Shown: in pieces, positions 54,251-64,000 of the stretch
Position numbering within the stretch: position 1 is the stretch's first letter
How the letters are laid out: every line of letters begins with the position of its first letter
DNA from: Felis catus
Lineage: Eukaryota
DNA length: 64,000 nt
Direction: 5' to 3'
Assembly: GCF_018350175.1 (NCBI RefSeq)
Contig: NC_058368.1
Coordinates: forward strand, 179,182,001-179,246,000
Translations under genes and position numbers: made by a program
Notes under the pieces: generated by a model
What the model was told of the DNA's origin: nothing
Databases searched by the model: none
Seen by the model: the letters and a program-made list of their open reading frames with translations, nothing else

Positions 54251-56332
54251 AAGAAAAATAAAAAATTTTATTTTACCTTCTATCCCTTGTCTAATGCTCT
54301 TGTGTATATCCAAGTTTTTGACCCAGATCATTTTCCTTTTCTCTGAAATACTACTTTTGACATTTCTTCCAAAGCAGGTCTACTGGTAAGATACCCTCAA
54401 TTTTCATTTTTCTGAGAAAGTATTTCTCCTTCATTTTGGGGGAAAATTGCACGAAGTACAGAATTCTAGGTGGGTGAGGTTTTTTCTTTCAATACTCTCT
54501 TCTTGCTTTCAGGCTCCTGAAAAGAAGTCTGATGTGGTTTATATTTTTGTTTTTTGTATAGGTAGTTTGGTTTTTATTCACATTTTTCCCCTCTGTTTTC
54601 ATATAAGATTTTTTTGTTTCTTGATCTTTTTTTTTTTTATTTTCTTTTGCAGTTCATTATACTTCTAGCTGTAGATATTCTTGTATTTATACTGGTTGGT
54701 GCTCTCTGAACTTCCTCAATCTGTAGTTTGGTATCTGTCATTAATTCTGGAAAATTCTCAGCCATTATTAATATATTATTAAAATATTTTCTTCTGTTTC
54801 TTTACTTCTTTTTTCTCATTCAAGTCATTTTCTTACAGGCATTTTACACCTTTTCTAACTGAACCTGAGTTCTTGGATATTTTGTTCTAGTTTTTAAAAT
54901 TTTCTTTCTCATTATTTTTGCTTTTCAGTTTTAAAAGTTTCTATGGACATACCTTCATGTTCACTGATTCTTTCCTCATCTATGTCCAGTCTGACACTTT
55001 TAGACTTCAGTCTCCAGAACTATGAGACAGTCAATTTCTATTGTTTTAAGGCACTCAGCTTGTGGTAATTTATTATGATGGTCCTTGGCAACAAATACAG
55101 TAATACTACATTGATTTTCATCTTGATTCGTTCTTCATTTGTTCGTTCTCAATTGGTCATAGTGCATAATCCTTCTAAAATGTTTCTGAATTGGGGTTGC
55201 TAATATTTTGTTGTGAATTATAGCATAGTATTCATAGTATTCAGAAGGTATATTGGTCTGTAGTTTTCTTATGATGTTTTTGGCATTAGAAAAATACTTC
55301 ATAGAATGAGTGAAGAAATGCTATCTCCTATTTTTTTGAATAGTTTCAGAAGAATTAATGTTAACTCTTAGCATTTACTATTGAAGCCATCTGATCTTAA
55401 GCTTCTCTGTTGAGACTTTGATTACTGATTCAATCTTTCACTTTTTTGTTATAGCTCTATTTAGATTTATTTCTTCTTCAATAAGTTTTGATAATATGAT
55501 TCTAGGAACTTGATCATTTCATCTAGGATGGCTTATTTGTTGGCATATGATTGTATTCTCTCATAATCATTTTTATTTCTGTAAGATTAGTAGTATTGCC
55601 TCCAATTTAATTTCTTACTTTAGTAATTTGAGTCTTCTCTCATTTTTTCTTGGTCAGTCTAGCTAAAAGTTGGTCAATTTTGCTGATCATTTCAAGAATG
55701 AACCTTTGGTTTCATTGATTCTCTGTTGTTTTTCTGTTCTTGGTTTATCTTTACTCTAGCCTTAATTTCCTTCTTTCTATTACCTTTGAGCTTAGTTTTC
55801 TTTTTCAGCTCTTCAAAGTCCTGCTTTTTGATTTGACATCTTTTTTTTTTTTAATGTAGGCATTTACAGCTATAAATTTCCCTGTGAGTACTGACTTTCT
55901 TATACCCAATAAGTTTTGTTATTGTGTGTTTTGTTTTCATTCATCTTAAGGTATTTTTAAATTTCCCTAGTGACTTCTTTTTTGATCTACTTGCTGCTTA
56001 AGAGTGTGTTGGTTTATTTCTACATATTTACAAATTTTTCAGTTTCCTTTATGTTACTGATTTCTAATTTCATTTCACTGTGACCAGAGAAAATACTGTG
56101 TGAGTTCAACTTTTCAAATTTATTCAGATTTGATTTGTGGTCTAACATATAGTCTATGCTATAATGTCCCATGTGCACTTGAGAAGTATATGTATTCTGT
56201 TGTTGGAGTCTTCTATATTTCTGTAACGTCTAATTTGTGTATAGAGTTTATTCAAGTCTTCTGTTTCCTTATCTATATTAATTCTATTATTAAAAGTGAG
56301 TGTTAACATCTCCAACTATTATTGTATTATCT

Positions 56333-56488
56333 TTTTTTCTAGTTGTGTTTTTGTTAAATATGAAATTTATTGTCAAATTGGTTTCCACACAACACTCAGT
56401 GCTCATCCCAACAGGTGACCTCCTCAATGCCCATCACCCACTTTGCCCTCCCTCCCACCCCCCATCAACCCTCAGTTTATTCTCCGTT
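56333..56488 (-). mobile_element. Very short 5'-truncated felid/carnivore L1 3' end
   Basis: aaatttattgtcaaattggtttcc...cagtgctcatcccaaca...caaccctcagttt. 16-bp TSD tattattgtattatct at 56317-56332 and 56489-56504. Confidence 0.88.
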
Positions 56489-58329
56489 TATTATTGTATT
56501 ATCTATTTCTCCCTTCAATTCTTTCAGTTTTTGCTTCATGTATTTCAGGGCTCTCTTGTTAGATGCATGTTTACTATTGTCCCATCCTCTTGATGGGCTG
56601 ATCCTTTTACCATTATATAATGTCCTACTTGGATATGTAAATTCATGTTTGTAGGGTGTTTGAGAGATTTGGCGATTGATCAAGAAAAAAGTGATATAAC
56701 CATGAGAAGGAGTTAACACACAGTAAGTTTTACTGGGTGGCACTAGGACAGGGTTGTCTGAGTGACAAAGTCCCTCACAACATGAGCCTATCCAGAGGTC
56801 ACAGGGGAGGGGCCCACCATCAAGAAGGGGAGCACAAGGAAACTCCTGGCAGAGAAGGGGACTAAAGAGACAGCTTACATATGTAGGTGATACTGCTCAG
56901 CAACATGGTGGGAGTCTCCAAGTGAGAGAATTCTGGAAAGCCGCAGTAGTTTCAGATCTGTTAACTGCAAGGCCCTCTCTTATTAGGCAACAACTAATGT
57001 GGTCAGTTTTTCAGAGTACACAAAAGAAGCAAGTTCAAAATGACTAAGAATCTGCTTGTTTAGGCTATTTTTTAAATAACTGTATGTGTTAACATTTGAG
57101 GTTGACACTGATGGGCTCATAGGTCTCTGCCTGTAGTAAAGAAATAAAGTCGGAGCCAATTCACAGAGACCATATTTGGCTCATTTATATATTACTGTCT
57201 TTTGTATTTTGGAAAATTTGTAGCCGTGATTTCTTCAAATATACTTTTTGCACCTTTCTCTCTTTCTAGGATTCCTATTACACATATGTCGCTATGCTTG
57301 ATAGTGCCCTACAGATCTCTTACACCCTGTTCATTTCTCTTCATTCCTTTCCCCTTCCACTCTTCAGGCTGAATCACCTTAATTAGCCAATCTTCAAGTT
57401 CACTAACTCTTCTACTTGTCCAAATCTGCCGTTGTACCTCTCCAGTGAGTTTCTCATTTATTATTGTACTCTTCAACTCCAGAGTTTCTTTCCAGTTCTT
57501 TTTATTATTTGTTGATAACCCCTATATGGCATTGTTCTCATGGTTTCTATTAGCAATTTAAGCATATTTGCAATTATTGATTTAAAGTTTCTATTTAATA
57601 AGTCAAATTTCTGGGCTTCCTTATGGATAGTTCATTATTTTTCTTCCCCTATATACAGGCCATACTTTTTTGTTTCTTGGCATGCCTTGAAATTTTTTAC
57701 TGAAAACTGAACATTTCAAGTATTATAATGTGAAAACTCTGGAAATCATATTTTCTCCCCTCCTCAGAGTTTGTTGTCACTGCTTTAGTTGTTGCTGTAA
57801 TTTTAAAATGACTTTTCTGCATGAATTTTGTAAAGTTTTGTGTTGTCTGTTGTATGTGGCCACTGAAGTCTCTACTGCATTAGTTTAGTGGTCAGAAAGT
57901 GATTCATCAGAAATTTTCTGAAATGTCAAGACTCAGCTGTCTTTTCTTGAATAATTGCTCACCTGGTTGTTATAAGTCTTCGGGTCCAGAGTCCAATACA
58001 GTTAATTCTGATAATCCTTGTCAAGTTTATTGGCTGATTTTTGTGAGGAGATTGGCTTTTGGCATTTCTTATCCACAATTTTTCTCTGGTTATTAGTATT
58101 CCACTGTATTCTACTTTTATCTAAGAAAGAGGATGAAGATTCTACCAACCTACGTATTTATACCTCCTATATAAAGAAAAAAAGGAAAAACAAACTATAA
58201 AAGGTAAATGGCTCCTAGTGGGAAAAAGAGGAAACAGGAACAAAAGACAGATTTCTTTAAATACACGTTACTTTGTAGATTTTACTTTGGATCCATATAT
58301 TTACATAATTATTAAAAAATTAAAATATT

Positions 58330-58544
58330 AGGGCACTTGGGTGGCTCAGTTAGTTCAGTGTCTAACTCTTGAATTTGGCTCAGCTCATGATCTCACAGTT
58401 CATGAGTTTGAACCCTGCAGCAGACTCCATGCTGACAGTACAAAGCCTGCTTGGGATCTCTCCCTCCCTCTCTTTGTCCCTCCTCTGCTCACGCTCGCTC
58501 GCTCTCTCTCTCTCTCAAAATAAATAAATAAAAGTTTTTTTTAG
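58330..58544 (+). mobile_element. Can-SINE
   Basis: TSD aaattaaaatatt at 58317-58329 and 58545-58557. Confidence 0.88.
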
Positions 58545-59492
58545 AAATTAAAATATTTAAAAAAATTAGCTAAATAAATTATTCCCAGAGTCATAAACTT
58601 GCCCACATCTAATTAACATTTATGTGAAGTTGAGACTTTAGATACTCTACAAGTGCTACAATATTAACTATTATGCTAAACTACATAGTATTAAGAGACA
58701 TAACATAGGTAAAACACCTAGAAAATCAATAAAAAATTAGTTCCCTTTCACCAACACCTTACTTGGGGAGACAAAACATAATTCTTTTGCCATCTTTTTT
58801 CTCAGCTCATATACAGGGCTCATTTTGTCTAATTAGTGAAAACTGAATAAACCAAGGTTAGGAGTATAAACATTTGACCACAAGGTTACTTTTTGAATAA
58901 TGATGGGGAAAATAAATGTCTATTAGAATAGTTGCGTTAGTCTTACATTTTCCTTACAAAAATAAAGATTTAATGAACAGATTTATTAGTTTTGATTACA
59001 TAAAGAAACAAATATATCCCTTACCCCCAACATGGACACCCTACAGGTACTTCAATAAAACTATCCTCAAAACTAAAAAATCTCCTACTCCTATTTTCTG
59101 TTAACACCACCACTCATCCATTCATATCAGATGTATCCTTTACACCAGCGTTCCACATCCTATTTGGTCAAAACCTCTTGACCATTTTGCTTCTCTAAAC
59201 AGTATCTTGAATCCAATGGCCAATCTTCATTCCCACTGTCACTGCCTCAGTTTGCATCTGTATTTCCTACTTGGAGTAACCAAGTGGTCAAACTAGTCTT
59301 TCCTGCCTCAATATTATCTTTTGCAACATCCAATTTTCCATTATGCTTCTAGTGTTTTTATTAAAAATAAATTCAATAATGTATTCAACCTTATCAGTTT
59401 ATTCAATAATTGCTTTTTTATATCAATTATTCAGTTGCTTCCTATCATCTACAATGGTTTTCAAAATACATTCTTAAAAGATTCAAGACTAA

Positions 59493-59700
59493 GGGGCGCC
59501 TGGGTGGCTCAGTCAGTTAAGCATCCAACTTTGACTTAGGTCATGATCTCATGGTTTGTGAGTTCAAGCTCCATGTCAGGCTCTGTGCTGACAGGTCAGA
59601 ACCTGGAGCTTGCTTCAGATTCTGTGTCTCCCTCTCTCTCTGTTCCTCCCCCGCTCATGCTGTCTCTCTCTCTCAAAAATAAATAAACATTTAAAAAATA
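59493..59700 (+). mobile_element. Can-SINE
   Basis: Flanking direct repeat aaaaga(t/c)tcaagact. Confidence 0.9.
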
Positions 59701-60580
59701 AAAAGACTCAAGACTCAACAGGAACACCTAAGGGTGATAAAGCAGAAGGTAGATGGATAAGGTTCTCTTCTCATTCCTATTCTTCAACCTTTAATCACAG
59801 TTGCTCAGTTTGTCTATAGGAGTAGAAATGTTGTTTCATGCCTTTACTCTTTGAACAGCTATTTCTCCCACCTGTAGTGCTATTCTCTCCATGCCTCAGG
59901 AAACCTCTGAGACACTGTAAAAGATGACAAAGATATAGGAAGGCCACAGACAGTTTCTTGTTTCCCTCTCTGTTATTACAGTACTTTGTATACTTTGCTA
60001 TTAATAACCTCTACCACACTTTTCATCACTTACTAACACCTGTGCCCTTGGATTAATAACTTCTCTGACCTTGTTTTCTTCATCTATAAAATGAGGATAG
60101 CAAGTACAAATATCTAACTCTCAGGGATGTTGGAAGGTTAAATGTGTAATACATGAAAGGGCTTAGAAGAATGCCTGGACATTAGGTTTATTCAATGTTA
60201 AATATGATTGTTATTACAAGTAATAACAGTACTACCACTACTCATCTATGTGGGTCTATTAAACTGAGCTCTAAAGGGTTATTTTTGCACCCCTAGCACA
60301 CAGCTTCACATAACAACTCAATATTGGAAGGAATTAATGTATATTTTATAATATGCAATGAATATGGTCAATTATTTGTTATTATCCCTAGGTTAAAATT
60401 TTCATTCCCTGGTGCCTTCAGCTACTTCTTTTTGCAAGAGTTATTATTTAATGTGAAATCTCTAAATTGTTTAGAGTATGCTTTTTTCAGAAAATTAGAA
60501 TTAAAAGTTCATTTAATTTCTTAGAAGTGAGAGGCAAGTTCCTTCTATCTAATATATTTCAATAAACTTAAGTAACTGAC

Positions 60581-60970
60581 TGTGATGGTTAATGGTATGT
60601 ATCAATTTGGCAAGGCTAAGGAGCCTAGATATGTGGTCAAACATTATTTTGGATGTTTCTTTGAGAGTGTTTTTGGATTAGATTAACATTTAAACCTGCA
60701 GACTTTGAGTAAAGTAGTTTGCATTCCATAAAGTGAATCGGTCTATGTATGCAGTTAGTTCAAGTCCTGTTTAGAACAAAAGACTGAGCTCCCCAGAGCA
60801 AGAGAGAATTCTGCACCAAACAGCTTCTGGATTTGAACTGTAACACTGGCTCTTCCTTGGGTCTCCAGCCTGCTAGCCCATCATGATGATTTTGAACTTG
60901 CCAGGCTTCATAATCACATAAGCCAAGATCTTAACTCTCTCTCTCTATATATAAATAAATACATCCACCT
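60581..60970 (+). mobile_element. MLT2-type ERVL LTR
   Basis: tgtgatggttaatggtatgtatcaatttggcaaggc...ggtcaaacattattttggatgtttct...ttgggtctccagcctgc. Confidence 0.8.
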
Positions 60971-61106
60971 ACAGTATATGTATATATATGACATTAAGTT
61001 GTAGACAAGATTATAATCATTTAAAGGAAAAAAAAGTCTTTATTTGGAAAGTTTAGAATTAAAAATATATATTATATATATGTATATAATTATATAAATT
61101 ATATAC

Positions 61107-61166
<60 letters not shown>

Positions 61167-61599
61167 TATATGTACCAGGGAATTAAGAATTTCTGAAGTT
61201 TCATTTTACTTCCTTTATCCCCTTTTGATAACAATGTGTTATCTATACAGAGTAAAAAAATAGGGGATCATTTATGGCAGTTTTAAGTTTCAAAATTATA
61301 TTTTTCATATGCTTGAGACTTAAAATTTAAATCACGTACATGAATACAAAGATAAACATAGATGCTTTAAACACTGATAAAATCCAGTTACAATATAATA
61401 TATATTTTTAAACTAAGTTTTCTATTTTTATAATATAGTGAAAAACTAAGTTCATTAAAAAGTACATAGGAAAATGTAATCGTTAATGATTTGTGCTCTT
61501 TCCAAATATGTGACTTAGAAGGTATGTGTTAATGACACTTAAAAAATCCATATACAATGCAACAAATAATTTATAATAACACTTTCCTTCAGTTATTAG

Positions 61600-61605
61600 T
61601 TTATT
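61600..61605 (-). terminator. SPDL1: Candidate SPDL1 polyadenylation signal AATAAA
   Basis: Plus-strand tttatt ~235 nt past the stop codon, followed on the minus strand by U/GU-rich sequence. Another AATAAA lies at 61039-61044. Confidence 0.5.
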
Positions 61606-61839
61606 TACTGTCATTAATAGAAGTTCCATGAAGAGTCATCATTTAAGGAACTCTCCTGCTTAGAATCACAACCAAATTTTAAACATTTGGTCAGAGGAAC
61701 ATGAAAATGCCAGGTCTTGGCACAACAGGTAGAAAGAAATAACCTAAAAGGTTGTATACTTCCGATAAAGACAATCTTAACAAAGCTCCAAATCAACCTT
61801 TTGGGCAAGTGGTACCTTACTCTCATTAAAGTAAAGTCC

Positions 61840-61987
61840 TTACTGCTGAGGGCACTGGGTCTCTGGAGTTGATTTGGAGGACACGTATACAATAGGATGT
61901 GATTTCTTACAAGTTTCCTTTTCCAATTTGCTTGCAGTTTCTTTCCTTTCTTTAACTTCTGTTTGAAGCCTTGATTCAGCAGCTAAC
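61840..61987 (-). CDS. SPDL1: SPDL1 (Spindly) last coding exon: (R)LAAESRLQTEVKERKETASKLEKETCKKSHPIVYVSSKSTPETQCPQQ*
   Basis: Manual translation after acceptor cctgtag|G gives 1 nt + 48 codons + TAA (61842-61840). It matches the Spindly C-terminus ending CPQQ. SPDL1 lies just upstream of DOCK2 in the same orientation in mammals. This exon is absent from the supplied ORF track. Confidence 0.95.
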
Positions 61988-63109
61988 CTACAGGCATTAA
62001 AGCATCCACTCTGAATTCAAATATGGTTAAGAAAAATTACAGAAGAAACAATCTTCTCATATAATGGGCCTCTAATGAGACATAATTGTTTGTATGTATA
62101 TGAGGAAAAATTATAGGTGACTCCAATACCATTAAGAAAACTAAGTAACTGCCTCTCTAAAAGAGACTTTTTACATCAACAGACTTAATATTTTAAATGT
62201 CCAAAGAAATATTTTTAACGCCGATAAAAGTCATGGCAAAGCCTACATTTAAGAATTAAAATATAATGGGATGTCTACTATAAGCACACCTAACAAAAAA
62301 AATTAAATGCTAGAGCACAACTTTAATGTTAACATGACCTACAAAAGGAAAACACAAGATAAAAATAACATGGAATACTGAAGTGCATGAACACATGGCA
62401 ATTTGTCTCATAAAAGAAACACAAAACTTAAATTGAATTTTAACTAGCAGAATAATCATTTATGAAAAAACAGTGAAGATATATTTTAAAAGGTTTATAA
62501 AGATTTAATAGCAAGATTATCAGTTAAATTTATAAAGCATGCAATAGTGAAGTCCCCAGTAAACCCATATTTACTATTGTAATATTATCATAGTATTGTG
62601 TGTCTAAGTTAATCATGCAACGAACAAAAGGCTGGAAACATATTGAGTTAGCAGATGGACTCACACATACACAAAAACAAACGTTTTGTGGTATTTTATT
62701 TGTTTTTGTTTCACTAGCCAGACAAAATTCCAACGTGCTACTTAATTTGAGTCAAACAAGTAGCTAAATACATTTGCTTAAGTAATTTTTATCAAGCAAA
62801 AAAGAGCAGAAAAAGAAATGAAGACAACACAGATAGCAAGGTCTGCACTGATTAATTCTGGAACTGCACCTCCAGAAATATACAATGGTCAAGCACACTT
62901 ACACAATGAATCACATATATACAAACATAACCTATTGACTTCATTTCAAAACTACTTGGAACTGTGTGTGTGTGTGTGTGTGTGTGTGAGACTTATAATT
63001 TATTTGAAGTTACTTTTTCTTTGAGAATATTAGGCTTTTACCTTATGAGACTTATAATGTTACTATATAAAAATTCAAGGAATGGAGTAATAAATTCTAG
63101 ATGATCTGT

Positions 63110-63416
63110 GAACAATGCTGACCCCTGCAGTCAAAAATCCTCATATAACCTCTGACTCCCCCCAAACTTAACTACTGATAGCCTACTGTTGATTGGAAGC
63201 CTTACCCATAACATAAACAAGTGATTAACACATATTTTATATATGTATCATATGCTGCATTCTTAAAGTAAATCTACAGAAAGGAAAATGTTAAGAAAAT
63301 CATAAGAAAAACACATTTACAATAATGTATGGTATATATATATATATAAAAAAAAAAAAATTCGCATGGAAGTGGACCTGCACAGATCAAACCCATGTTG
63401 CTCAGGGGTCAACAGT
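63110..63416. mobile_element. Tigger2a/MER8-like Tc1-mariner MITE in the SPDL1 last intron
   Basis: aacttaactactgatagcctactgttgattggaagccttacccataacataaac...aagtggacctgcacagatcaaacccatgttgctcaggggtcaacag. Confidence 0.75.
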
Positions 63417-64000
63417 CCTTCTCTTAATAATAATAGCTGCTCACATTGTTGAGGTGCTTTCACTGTACAGTACCTTTAGTAGCACTGAAGACTTATTAAA
63501 AAAATCAGGCAAAACATACAAAACAGCCCTTTTACAAAGGTGGGCTATGTCTTACTATCTTAACTCAAATACACACTAGTAAAATGTCTTATTCTGTACC
63601 TTCCCATCAAAGACTCATGTAGCCCTAGTAGCACCTTAAAGATCTCCTTTTAATAAGTAGACAATCCAACCTGTTTTCACATCAATATGTTTAATTTTTA
63701 AAATGTCTAAAGATACTCATTTTAAATGCATCTATCATTCCATTGCATACAGACATCCTTCATCATCTTTTTATTACCTTCTCCATTCTCATTCCTTTTT
63801 TCCCTACTCTTGGTCCTGCTACACTTGCCCTGAGCTTGTATCTTATTCTATCCTAGCTTCAGTCACTGTTACCTACCTTTTCCTTTCACTCACTTTCTCT
63901 TACCTTCCAATCTCTATTATTTTAATTTGTTTTAAAGATAAGGCCCTTAAAATGTTAATTCCTACAGACACATGTCTGACACTTCCTCTTTGAGTCACAA

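Larger units (their letters stand above)
49641..58090 (-). mobile_element. Old minus-strand L1 block (L1MB/L1MC-like, at least two elements) with nested insertions
   Basis: T-rich reverse-complement L1 ORF2/ORF1 sequence throughout (ccattcacctattgaagg; tttctcaccattaagcgtgatgttagctatag; ggtcagtctagctaaaagttggtcaattttg). Confidence 0.85.

Noticed and set aside
61614..61892. 92-aa minus-strand ORF
   Set aside because: It starts at TTG, overlaps the true SPDL1 frame out of phase and runs into the 3' UTR. No recognisable homology.

Overview
Mammalian genomic DNA, almost certainly from a felid: it carries many young cat-type Can-SINEs and carnivore L1 3' ends. The window covers the SPDL1-DOCK2 junction, with both genes on the minus strand. 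It contains the last coding exon of SPDL1/Spindly (61987-61840, ending in the farnesylation motif CPQQ), a ~34 kb repeat-dominated intergenic interval, the CpG-rich DOCK2 promoter, DOCK2 coding exon 1 (27720-27678) and exon 2 (6773-6690). The rest is mostly transposon-derived: L1, L2, MIR, Can-SINEs, MaLR/ERVL LTRs, hAT and Tigger DNA transposons, and a retrotransposed U6 snRNA copy. Nearly all ORFs in the supplied track are spurious or repeat-derived. I found no convincing previously undescribed biological system. The observations most worth following up are modest: possible alternative acceptors that would remove the Spindly CAAX motif, haematopoietic motif clusters around DOCK2, a near-complete Cheshire-type hAT fossil, several retroposition or duplication events, and a uniform SINE orientation inside DOCK2. 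Repeat family names come from recalled consensus similarity, not a database search, and repeat boundaries without a quoted TSD are approximate.
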